From positions 1-35,329 of the forward strand of contig JAUCBJ010001473.1 in NCBI GenBank assembly GCA_032718475.1: DNA of 35,329 nucleotides. The letters run 5' to 3'. Source of the stretch: Nemertoderma westbladi (lineage: Eukaryota; Animalia; Xenacoelomorpha). The translations under genes and the position numbers were made by a program. A model generated the notes under the pieces. It was not told the origin of the DNA. It searched no databases and saw nothing but the letters and a program-made list of their open reading frames with translations. This document shows, one piece after another, positions 12,917 through 23,994 of this stretch (position 1 is its first letter; every line of letters begins with the position of its first letter).

Positions 12917-13562
12917 TGTAAGCGGATTCAATTCCACTTCATTACCCACCAGAAAATGGGACTAGTGGCATTTTAGCAATATGTTGGGGATACGAGATTA
13001 CCAATATTAATCTCGCCTCATAACCAACATTGGGGGGGGGGGGGGGACACAAGCCCCAAAGCCACAGAGAAAGGTGAGAGGTCAAACCACCTTGGAGGGG
13101 ATACAGCTAGTAGAGGCTAGCAGCGGAGGGGAAACACTCCCAGGGAGTGCGAAAGTGACAAGTAGTATATTAGCCAATAGTGGGGAGGGAAGCACGTGAT
13201 AGGGAACAGGAAAGCATCCATTGGGTAGAAGGCCAAAGGTAGAGTAGGAGGTAAACCAATATTCAATGTATTAATCATATATTATCTTACATTACTGGTT
13301 TACCGGTCAGTTGTGTTATTCAGTTCAGTGAGTGCAGACCGGTCATAGTTAATGACCGCCGCCGCCATACCGGTAACAATTAATCTGTATTCTCTGCTTT
13401 TATCTAACTACGTGCTATTATCGTCCATGTTAATTAATATCGAAAGACAACAGGAACTTTCACTGTTTTCCCGAAAGGCCTCAGCCAAAGCTAGTAGCAC
13501 GATCCCAGCAGAACGGTGACGCGTACATTTCTAACCCGGTCAGGATCTCCGATCCCGTCACA
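12917..13562 (+). repeat. 5' LTR (LTR-A, 646 bp)
   Basis: TGTAAGCGGATTC...GATCCCGTCACA. Matches 26141-26498 joined to 33350-33644, with roughly 15-20 differences counted by eye. Confidence 0.95.
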
Positions 13563-15200
13563 GTCATTAACTCTACCACCTGCCAATAAACTGTGACTGC
13601 AAGAACAAAGAGATCGAGATGAGCGATAGGGAGCCCCGATTATCAGAGGGAGAGAGGACGCCGCCGCGGACCCCGGACGATACCAACCAAACGATCCGCG
13701 AGGCCACGACGAGACGGTATCGGCCGGCCACGCCAGACTCGCCGATGAGAGACGATCCGGCTACCCAAGCGGAGGGTGGCCGTCAACCACGAGGGAGAGA
13801 CGAGTCGGCGGTCGGGGTAACGAAGTCGCCGGCCAGAGCCACAGGCCGAGGGTGACGGACAGCCCACCGGAACGGCGACGGTGGGGCAACCGGTACGACG
13901 CCGGACGAGGAGAGGAGGAGTCCGCGAAGAGGACGTCGGGACGAGTGATCAGCTACGACGGGCCTACAACGCCACCAAGAAACTGCTCAAGGAGGCCAAA
14001 GCAGGGAGATAGGTAGACCAGCCTAAACTGCATCAGGGGCTAGGTGAGTCGAATAAACATTTTCTATATTTAGTCTGTTTTGGACAGGGAGAACTGGCGA
14101 GTGAGAGAGCAAGGGGGGTCGCCATGGAACTGTCTGAATTGTGGCGATCCGGGGTAATGGAGCCTGAGGTAGTGTATGTAGGGCCTTACTTAGTGGATGC
14201 TAGGGGAATTAAGTTAGTGGGTTGGGCGGAACCGCACGATGGCGAACCCAAGGTTAACCCCGAGGATTCGGTGTCATTGGTCAGTGAGAACCCCAGAAAG
14301 CGGGGGAAAGTTAGTAGGACAGAGATGCGACGGGAGTCCGTCGAGACCAATAAGTCCGCTACATCCTCCGCAAAAGCAAGAAGGTGTTAGAGATCGATCT
14401 GGCGTGTCAACTAGACCTTGTGGCGCTGGATCAGCAGGAGTTGGAGAGGCAACTGGAAGAGGGAACCGCGTTATTAGAGAAAGAGAGAGAGTTAGCGAGG
14501 GAATGTAGAGAGAGGGCCAAGAGGGTGGCGGGAAACTGTAGGGAGCGGGAGGTGAGAGAGATAAACGAGCGCGAGGAGCGGGAGGCGAGAATAGAGAAAG
14601 AGCGCAAAGAAGAAGAAGCGGAAGAGGCAGCGAGGATAGGGAGGGAAACGAACAAACGTAAAGAGCGAGAAGTGAGAGAGGTAGTGAGGGCGGAGAGAGA
14701 AACGAACGAGCATAGAGAGCTGGAGGCAAGGGAGGCATAATTAGCGAACCAACATTTGCGAGAGGATAGAGAGAGAGAGAGAGCGGGAAAGCGTATGCAG
14801 GATGATATGCATGCCCGGTTAAGGGGGCTTATGCAATACCAGGCAAAGCAAAAGCGCCGATTAGAACTGGCGCAGTTGGGATTATCTGAGAGTGAGGCCG
14901 GTTCGCCGTAGTTCGGGTAGTATTTATGAGGAGCCCGAAGTAATGGAAACGTTTGTTAATACCCCACTTACAGGCACCGGGCGACAGACCCAGGACTGGT
15001 ATAACCGTACGGACGGGGGGGAGGGGGGTAATAATAATAATACGTTAGAAGGAATTAATATTAATAGAACCATAGTAGACAACCCTAATCACACCTTTGT
15101 TGCAGGAAATAATATTTTACCCGGTAATAATAACTTTGATTCAAATGTGCAAAATAATCCAAATAATAATATTAATTCAAACGTACAAAATAATCCAAAT

Positions 15201-16010
15201 GACTACACTAACACTAACACTAACCGAAGTAGCGCATAACGTCGCGGTCGAACCTCATTTGCAGCCAGTCACCGGTGAGCAGTTCATCCGACATTCCACT
15301 TCAACCGACGACCAAGCCCGCCTCGATGTGTCAGTCTGCGGTTTCTGGGGTTCCAGGTATCAGAAGATATTCCTGGATGTCTCCATCTTCAACCCCGTAG
15401 CCCCCACGAATGCTGCAATGCCTCTCGCCGATGCCCACCTCCATCACGAGGCCTGCAAGCGCAATCTTTATGACGAGCGGATTCGTGAAATTGAGTTGGC
15501 AACATTTACGCCGCTCATATTCTCGGCGTATGGTGGCTTCTCGCCAACCACGTCTCAGTTCGTGAAGCGACTCGGGATATTACTCTCAGAGAAGTGTGAG
15601 GCACCGTACTCCGAGTGTATTCGTTGGATCCGCCGTGAATAGAGTTTCGCACTCCTCCGCGTGGGTTTAATGTGTCTGCGGGGTGCGCGTTCTGCACGGA
15701 ATCGACCGGTACGCTGCGATACTCCGATACAGATGTCCAACTCCGACACCGACAAGTCGCCGTACCCATAGGCAACTAAATATAAAAAAACCTGTCTGCA
15801 TATCCAGGTTTTGAACTGCGCATCACGACTATTAGGCCTAATTTTAGTAATATACTGGTATTTTCTGATTTTTATGTAGGCCTATATTGTTATTGTTTAT
15901 ACTTGTTACCTAGGCTACGTCAGCTGGTGGTGGGACAATGTTTGTTTTTATATATTACATATATTGATATTAAAATGGAAGTTACAAATTAAAAAAAAAA
16001 AAATAATAAT
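15201..16010 (+). mobile_element. 5'-truncated CRE-clade non-LTR retrotransposon (RLE domain, 3' UTR, A/AAT tail)
   Basis: EPHLQPVTGE...ARLDVSVCGFWG...FLDVSIFNP...E..KRNLY..RIREIELATFTPLIFS..GG...CLRGARS. Poly(A) plus (AAT)n tail. AATAATCCAAAT at 15189-15200 and 16011-16022 is the likely TSD. Confidence 0.88.
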
Positions 16011-16243
16011 AATAATCCAAATAATAATATTAATTCAAAAGTACAAAATAATCCAAATAATAATTTTAATTTAAATGTACAAAATAATCCAAATAATCCT
16101 AATTTAAATATACCAAACATTCCAAATAATAGCCCTAACTCTGAGCAAAATAATTTAAGTGGTTTAAATAATTTAGATAACAATATTATTGATAATGGTG
16201 CTATTAATACGAATGTAGGGGACACAGGTGGTCCGGCCAGCGA

Positions 16244-16385
16244 GAGCCTGCAAGGCCACGTAGTTACGCAGGGAGTAGCGGGGGTGAGTCACCCCGACGG
16301 GAGCCTGCAAGGCCACATAGTTAGGCAGGGAGTAGCGGGGGTGAGTCAACCCGACGGGAGCCTGCGAGGCCACGCAGTCGCACAG
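16244..16385 (+). repeat. 57-bp in-frame tandem repeat (~2.5 units)
   Basis: GAGCCTGC at 16244, 16301 and 16358. Unit encodes SLQGHxVxQGVAGVSxPDG. Confidence 0.85.
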
Positions 16386-17629
16386 GGGGGGGGGGGGGGG
16401 AGTAGACCCAGCCGGAGTAGAGACAGTGCGTTGACTAGAGAGGGGCGTAGAAGCGAAGTAGGAGGTAGTGAAGTAAGAATGGAGGGGGGGGGGGGGCTAT
16501 GGGCACCCCACCACGAGAGATTAGTGGCGAGAGGGGGGGGGGCAGGGAATGTCCCACAGGCGTCCGCGGATAATGCGCTGGGCAAGTTAGGTGAACTGTG
16601 GCACCCGACGACGGAGAATAGTAGGGGGATTGCGAGTATCCCCAGGAGTGTCCAACCGGGTAGACAGAGAGGTTGGCGCCTTGAGCGGGCAAGCGAAGAG
16701 ACGTCGAGCCCAGTCGGAAGACAGAAGAAGAACAGTAGAGTTTAACTGGGAGGTCGAAGAGAGATCTCATGAGCGGGAGCGCTACACTGAAGAGAGAAGA
16801 AGTGAAGAGAATAGAAGAAGCGTTGCTACGAGCAACCGGAGAGCAAGGACGGACAGCAAACCGTCGGTAGTAGAGATGGAGTTAGAGAGTCAGTGGGTTC
16901 GAACTCTGGGAGATTGCCGTCGCCCCGGAGAGACGCAGCCTGGTGAGATATACCATGCACCGGGAGAAGGGTACAGGATGTACCAGTACGAGGATGAGGA
17001 CAGAAGAGGGGATCGAAGAGATACTTCCCAACGGGATATAGCTGCCGATCGATTGTACGGTAGTCACAGGGAGGACTTCTTGGAATATTCGAGAAGATTA
17101 AACTTCGGTCCGGAAGGACACAGGCAGACTGCAGGTCATACTGTATGCCTTACTGCACATACTATAGGTCATGCTGGAAGAGATAGTGTAGGCGATAGGG
17201 TAGCGTGAACAATGGGATTAGATACGGAAGTCGCGGCGTACATACCGGTAGGTACGCAAGAAGTGGACGAAACGAAATTTTAATACAATGATCTTTCTTA
17301 TTTTACTATGAAAACTGAGTGGATAGCTTCACAAACCATTTTGTTAGTAAAATATGGCACTTTTTGTGAAGGTCAGTTTTTAAAAAAAAAATTGTATATT
17401 CATCTTCAGGCTTTTTTTTATATATAAAAAAATCTCATGTAGAAGGATCACTAATACTGGGTTGCAGTTCGCGGTACAAGAGTTTGGCACAATGGACCTA
17501 GCTAGATATGTAGGCAATGTTTGAGGGAATTTTCAGCATAAAATTATTGTTTTAAAAAATTATGGGTGCTTTAGTATGTTACTATATTTTAGAGACTAAA
17601 TTTTGAGGTAGACATATACTTTTTTAACA

Positions 17630-17907
17630 TGTAACACCCGATATGGACTGGAGTAATTTTGCCTCCACATTGATGAAGTATAACTTATAACTGACAGGGG
17701 AAGGTTGATTTGCAAAAAAATTATTTAGATATACTTATATAATAATATCTCAGCATAACTATCAGTGAGATTATCAAGTGGAGACTGCCGGTGTGACATT
17801 GGTATTCAAACATTCAATAAGCCAACGTGGTGTTAGATAGAACGTGGTGTGAGGTGTTAATAAGCATAACGAAACAAAACCGGTCGGGATCCACTGATCC
17901 CGTCACA
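17630..17907 (+). repeat. Putative second, different LTR (LTR-B) preceding gag copy B
   Basis: Ends CCGGTCGGGATC..GATCCCGTCACA like LTR-A but is unrelated upstream. Candidate start is TGTAACACCCG at 17630; alternative start TGTGAC at 17792. Confidence 0.55.
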
Positions 17908-17950
17908 GTACGAAATACCCAACTGTAAGCTGTGACTGCAGAAAGCAAAG

Positions 17951-20900
17951 ATGAGCAGCCAGGAGCCCCGAGACTTAGAGGGAGAGAGGACACCGCCGCG
18001 GACCCCGGACGATACCAACAACCTAACGATCCGCGAGGCTGCGACGAGACGGTATCGACCTACGACGCCAGATTCGCCGACGAGAGACGATCCGGCAGTC
18101 CAAGAGGAGGACGGCCGTCTACCACCAGGAGGAAGAGACGAGTCGACGCACGACGGCGGTCGAAGTACCGATGTCGCCGGCCAGCCACAGGCCGAGGGCG
18201 ATGGACGGCCCACTGGAACCGCCACGGTGGGGCCGCCGGTACAACGCCGAACCAGGAGGCGAGGAGGAGAGGTCGGCGACGAGGACGTCGGAACCAGTGA
18301 CCGGCTCCGACGAGCCTACAACGCGACAAAGAATCAGCTTAAGGAGGCCAGAGAAGGAGTAAAGATGACCAAGGGAAGTTGAGTCAGCGACTAGGTGAGT
18401 CGAATAAACATTTTAGATACCTAGTTCGCTTCAGACAGGGAGAACTAGCCAGTGAGAGAGCAAGGGGGGTCGCCACCGGACTATTTGAACTGTGGCGATC
18501 CGGGATTATGGAGCCCCAGATAGTGTACATAGGGCCGTATTTAGGGGTGCTAGGGGAGTTAAGTTAGTGGGTTGGGCAGACCCGCACGAGGGCGAATCCG
18601 AGATTAACCCCAAGGATTCGGTCTCGTCGGTTAGCGAGAACCCCGAAAAGCGGGGGAAAATTAGTAGGACAGAGAGGCGACGGGAGTCCGTCGCGACCGA
18701 TAGTCTGCTACATCCTCCGCAAAAGTAAGAAGGATGTTGGAGATAGATCTGGCGTGTCAGCTAGACATTGCGGCGCTAGACCAAAGAGGGTTAGAGAGAC
18801 AACTGAGCGAGGGAACCGCATTATTAGAAAGAGAGAGAGAGAGTTAGCCAGGGAATGTAGAGAGAGGGCCGAGAGAGTGGCGAGAGACTGTAGGGAGTAC
18901 GAGGAACGGGAGGCAGAAATAGAGAACGAGCGTAAAGAGCGAGAGATGAAAGTAGAGAACAAGCGTAGAGAGCGGGAGACGAGAGAGGCGATGAGAATTG
19001 AGAGGGAAAATAATGAGCGCAAGGAGCGTGAGCTGAGTCGGCTTGAGAGGGTTGCGAGAGAGGCAGAGTTGGCCGAGCAAAGTTTACGAGAGGATAGAGA
19101 AAGAGAGAGAGAGGGAAAGCGTATGCGGGATGATATGCATGCCTGGCTAAGGGGGCTTATGCAATATCAAGCCAAGCAGAAGCACCGACTAGAACTGGCG
19201 CAGTTGGGATTATCAGAGAGTGAGGCTGGCTCGGGTAGTATTTACGAGGAGCCAGAAGTAGTGGAAACGTTTGTTAATATCCCACTTACAGGCGCCGGGC
19301 GACAGAACCAGAACTGGTGTAACCGTACGGGCGGGGGGGGGGGGGGGGTAATAATAATACGTTAGAAGAAATTAATATTAATAGTACCGTAGTAGACAAC
19401 CCTAACCAAACCTTTATTGCAGGAAATATTTTACCCGGTAATTAAAATTTAAATACAAATAATTCAAATACTAATTCCTATTCAAATATTCAAAATAATC
19501 CGAATAATTCTAATTCAAATATTCAAAATAATCCGAATAATTTAAATTCAAATATAGAAAATAATTCGAACAATAATTGAAATTTAGAAAATAATAATAA
19601 TTCTAATTTAAATAATTTAAATAATAATATTGATAACTGGGCTATTAATACTAATATAGGAGACACAGGTGGTCCGGCCAACCGAAGCCTGCAAGGCAAC
19701 GTAGTTAATACGCAGGGATTAGTCGCAGAGTACATACCGGTAGGTAGGCAAGAAGTGGATAGGCCTACATCGGTACCAGCACAGCAGCATGACTATAATA
19801 TGCAGGGACATAACATATATCCAGGGGAGGGGAGAGTTATTGCGGATAGATGTATGGGCCCCAATATATTAACATCAACCCCAGTACCAAACATAATGCC
19901 GGTGGGGGGGGGGGGGGGGGCAGGGTAACATTCCCCCATTACAATATCAACTCAAACAGGAATAAGAACATCGAACCCCCTGGACGAGAACAGGTCATGC
20001 GATACGGAAATATGGAGGGGGCCATTACCGCCAATTATATATCCGACACAAGTTAAGTCAACAGGCCCGACGGGCGGACCGCACCCAACAGGAGAATCTG
20101 TACAGCATCCTTCGAACCCATTGGAGCACAGGCAATGGGAATGGCTACACTAATCGATGCACTGAAGACCAGGATCGAGTTACCACCAGTCGAGCCATTT
20201 AAATTCGACGGAAGTAGGCTGGAAGAATACCTGCAATTTCGGCGCATGTACAGCAACGAGATATTAAGTAAGAACCTGACGCAGGCGGAGTGCCTAAAAT
20301 ATCTACAGGTATATACAGGAGGCCCAGCGTACGACATCGTGAGGCAGTATCAGGGCATCGGGGGCGGCTTCACGACTGCATGGCGGGCCCTAGACAGGGA
20401 ATACGGATACCCAGCCAAGATCATCTGGCAAACCCTGAGGGGTATAACATCGGATGGCCTACAGGATAACCCCGTCAGCATAAAGACGTTTGCGAACAAA
20501 GTCAAGAAGGCGTTAATCATGCTGAAGACGCTAGACGCGCCATACGAACTCAACGCATCTAATAACATCACCACAATAGCGCAGGCACTGCCGATCTGGC
20601 TACGGAGCAAGTGGAGGAAGATCGCCTTCTCCACTCAGGAGAAGAAAGGTGCGGCGCCAGGGCTAGAGGAAATGTCAAACTTCCTCAACTATGAAGCAGA
20701 GTTGATTACAGACCCAGTCTATAGTGAGGATAGTTTGGGGAAGGCGCCAAAGACCGAATACAACAGGCCTAAACCCGAACACAATCCTGCAGATCCATTC
20801 ACGAGAGTAAGACAGTTGCTACCACACGCAGCCACACAGGGGGCTACAAGCCCACAGTTAGCTGGGAGTAGGGCCACACCGTGGTAGGGACAGAAAGAAA

Positions 20901-21190
20901 ATAACAACACAAATAAACATAATCCCAACATAACCAGTAGGCCGAGTCCAGATAACCAAAACACTAAATCGGTAGACATAAACCTACGCGCGATACGTGA
21001 AGGACTATGCAGGGAATGCTATAATCCAGGATTCGAATGTCAATTACATCGGGACGGAACCCATAAGACCATGAGTTGTAAGCACTGGCAAGTGTTGCCT
21101 AACAAGATCGTATAGCCTACACAGACGCAAACGGACTATGTCATCGTTGTGTGGTAGAAGGACACAGATCCGGAGAGTGTGGAGAAACAG
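17951..21190 (+). pseudogene. gag: BEL/Pao gag, copy B: leader, coiled coil, Asn-rich segment, capsid (DUF1759-like) and CCHC knuckle
   Basis: ELPPVEPFKFDG...EYLQF...CLKYL..YT.GPA...AW.AL.REYG...LPIWLRSKW (20135-20887) is a typical BEL Gag capsid. GLCHRCVVEGHRSGEC lies at ~21134-21180. Several frameshifts and stops. Confidence 0.9.
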
Positions 21191-21239
21191 CAGTAGGAGA
21201 CAACGAGACTGGAGGCCAAACAATGGCTACAAGCACGAC

Positions 21240-21770
21240 AGGAGTAAGAAGAAAGAGGAAAGTACTACTCGGAGTAGTACCAGTGAAGATATCAAGAAAG
21301 GGCGGTCGATCAGTTACAACATTAATGCTGGTCGACAGCGGAGCAGCCTTCACGCTGGTGGAGAATTGGGTGGCCGAGGAGATAGGGTTACAGACGAGGC
21401 CGAGTAGGTTGGCGGTAACTACTGTCTCAAGTAAAGACGAAGTCCTGGAGATGAGGATGGGACGGTGCAAGATATCAGCGATCGCACCGTGATGTGACTA
21501 TGGGGCCACCATCGACCCCATCCAGGCGATAGAATCGATAAATATCAACGCCAGGCGACCAACCAACATTGAGGTCGAACAATATAGATTCCTGGACAGT
21601 ATCGATTTCACAATGCCAGAGGTGGACGTTAGGAAGGTATCCATTATAGTAGGAATGGACTGCCCGATGGCCCACAAGAGAATGCAGACTGTCTTCGGCG
21701 AAGACAGACAGTGGGATCCGACGGCGATCCTCACGCCGTTCGGATGGACGCTTAGCGGCCCAGTTAAAAC
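21240..21770 (+). pseudogene. BEL/Pao aspartic protease region
   Basis: VLLGVVPVKI...MLVDSGAAFTLV (catalytic DSG), then SIIVGMD and PTAILTPFGWTLSGP, the BEL-specific post-protease motif. One in-frame TGA at 21490-21492. Confidence 0.9.
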
Positions 21771-21996
21771 CAAGATTCCATCCAGGGTGACGGAGACATC
21801 AGGGTGCATGTTACCAGGCACCGTAGACGCAGAAGACAAAGAGAAGAAACCGGAGATGGTAGATGAGCCAGATGGGGAAGTAACAGTAGGAGAGTGGGCG
21901 GAGGAGAATGGATTTGACACGGAAGACTTAGAGGCAATGGGATGGAACAAGGGTCCCAGCAAGTATCGGTATGGGGATGGAGAGGAGCGGACGGCG

Positions 21997-22121
21997 AGAT
22001 GTCCAGAGGACAACCCGGAGGAGTGGACGGTGAGATGTCCGGAGGACATCAGTCCGGAGGAGTGTCCGGAGGAGTGTCGGAAGGAGTGTCCGGAGGAGTG
22101 TCCAGAGGAGTGTCCGGAAGA
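21997..22121 (+). repeat. 12-bp repeat encoding (CPEE)n
   Basis: GAGTGTCCGGAG units; the protein reads SPEECPEECRKECPEECPEECPEE. Confidence 0.9.
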
Positions 22122-22269
22122 GACGCCGGTCTGGTTGAGAGGCATACCGACAAAGGGGAGGTCGAGTAAGAAGACATGGTGGAAAGAGAGAGGATGTGGG
22201 AAGATTAAACCAGGGACAGAGAAGCCCATGATGAAACGTGACAAAGTGGGAAAGTGGGAGAGGGCGTGT

Positions 22270-22811
22270 TGTACACGCATAAGGAGGTGGCAGAGTGCGA
22301 AAGGGCATTAAATGGTAAGCCATTACGTGTACCAAAGGATGACTGGGAATCATCGAGGGCTTTAATGCCGGCGCACATATTAAGGGGGAGGCCAGCGGAG
22401 GTGGCATGTACCAGTAAGAATGACATGAGGGGCGGCATTCTACCGCCAAACGATGACAAGATGAAGGGTGGCACTTTGCCACCAGGGGACGACCACGACG
22501 AGATCAGTAACATGACAGAAATACCCGATTTAAGGATGGAAGAGAAGGGAAGGTCAGTTCCAAGAGAGTTGGAATTGACAAGGAGAGTGGGGTGACGAAT
22601 TAGAGGACCTACAGGGGGGCAGTGGGAGGGTTGCCTGCTGGAAGAATCACCCATAGGTTGTCCAATAAGTTGGACTGAAGGGGGGGGGGGGGGCGAAGAT
22701 GGAAGAGTCAGATCCGTAGGAGTGAGAATAGGGGGCAAAATAGGAGCAAAAGATAGGAAGACCTACAGGAGGGCTGTAGGAAAGTGCTGCCTATTAGAAG
22801 GGGCACCGTAG
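22270..22811 (+). pseudogene. Remnant of BEL integrase C-terminus and DUF5641-like tail
   Basis: AECERALNGKPL...LMPAHILRG matches 'E.E..LNSRPL...LTP.HFL.G'. GEDGRVRSVGVR...YRRAVGKCCLLE matches the terminal 'G.DG.VR.V...Y.RP..KL' motif. Confidence 0.8.
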
Positions 22812-22975
22812 AGTTTAGTCGTCCAAATGTTGGACTGAGGGGGGTGGAAATGAGGGTGAGACGCCCTTCCCACACATAATATAAAAAAAAATAAATTTAA
22901 TTAAAATTAAGAAGTGAGATAGTAGAAAGTTAGAAAGTAATAGTAGTAGATAGTACGTAGCACTAAGTAAGTAGT

Positions 22976-23603
22976 CAGAAGTTAGGGAGTGTGGTACATT
23001 GACATACCACGAGAGTAGTAGGGTACATAGTACCATAGGCAGAAGTTAGGGAGTGTGGTACATTGACGTACCACGAGAGTAGTAGGGTACATAGTACCGT
23101 AGGCAGAAGTTAGGGAGTGTGGTACATTGACATACCACGAGAGTAGTAGGGTACATAGTACCATAGGCAGAAGTTAGGGAGTGTGGTACATTGACGTATC
23201 ACGAGAGTAGTAGGTTACATAGTACCGTAGGCAGAAGTATAGGGAGTGTGGTATATTGACATATCACGAGAGTAGTGGCAGGGTACATAGTACCGCTGGT
23301 AGAAATTAGAAGTATAGGGAGTGTGGTATATAAACATACCTCGAGAGTAGTGGCAGGGTATATAGTACCGCTGGTAGAAGTTAGAAGTATAGGGAGTGTG
23401 GTATATAAACATACCACGAGAGTAGTGGCAGGGTATATAGTACCGCTGGTAGAAGTTAGAAGTATAGGGAGTGTGGTACATAAACATACCACGAGAGTAG
23501 TGGCAGGGTATATAGTACCGCTGGTAGAAGTTAGAAGTATAGGGTATAGGGAGTGTGGTATATAAACATACCACGAGAGTAGTGGCAGGGTACGTAGTAC
23601 CGT
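22976..23603 (+). repeat. Tandem array: four 64-bp units followed by about five 75-bp units
   Basis: CAGAAG at 22976, 23040, 23104, 23168 and 23232. AGAAGTATAGGG at 23233, 23308, 23383, 23458 and 23533. Confidence 0.95.
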
Positions 23604-23994
23604 TAGAGTTAGAAGTTAGAGTTAGTAAGAGTTAGTAGTAAGAGAGTAGAGAATACAGTATATAAATATTCCATAAGAGTAATAGTAGGGTACATAGTAC
23701 CGTAGAGGTTGTGGGCACAGAGAGCGCCACGAAAAGAGAGGGGGGCACGTGGGTACAGCAGGATAGACCGTGTAGGCCGCACGAGACAGACTACTGTACT
23801 GCAAGGCCCATAGAGTAAGTTAGGATGTTTGATACAGGGCCAGGAGGCCACCTGGTACAGACTAGCACAGTAGAGAATAGCTAGTCTACCCTGTATACAA
23901 ACTATAGGGGTTATCTAAGTAAAAATAACCCACATAAGCGATAATAGCATACCAATAAAAATTAAAGTAGTATTAGAAGTAAATCCGACAAATT

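Larger units (their letters stand above)
13619..17277 (+). pseudogene. Gag-like N-terminal region, copy A (disordered leader, E/R coiled coil, Asn-rich segment); broken and truncated
   Basis: MSDREPRLSEGERTPPRTPDD... is collinear with copy B (17951-19770). Stops and frameshifts present. Interrupted by a CRE fragment and ends before the capsid domain. Confidence 0.8.

Noticed and set aside
14044-14087. Apparent 44-nt GTGAGT...CAG intron conserved in both gag copies
   Set aside because: The segment is open and conserved as protein (LGESNKHF.YLV.F.QGE), with synonymous differences between copies, so it is coding.
21498-22738. Antisense Ser/Leu/Pro-rich ORFs (260, 184 and 177 aa) and similar ones opposite gag
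   Set aside because: Expected shadows of a strongly purine-rich plus strand and short repeats; no recognisable motifs.
22976-23603. CRISPR-like array of palindromic repeats
   Set aside because: Units are head-to-tail with no unique spacers, there are no cas genes, and the context is a eukaryotic retrotransposon.
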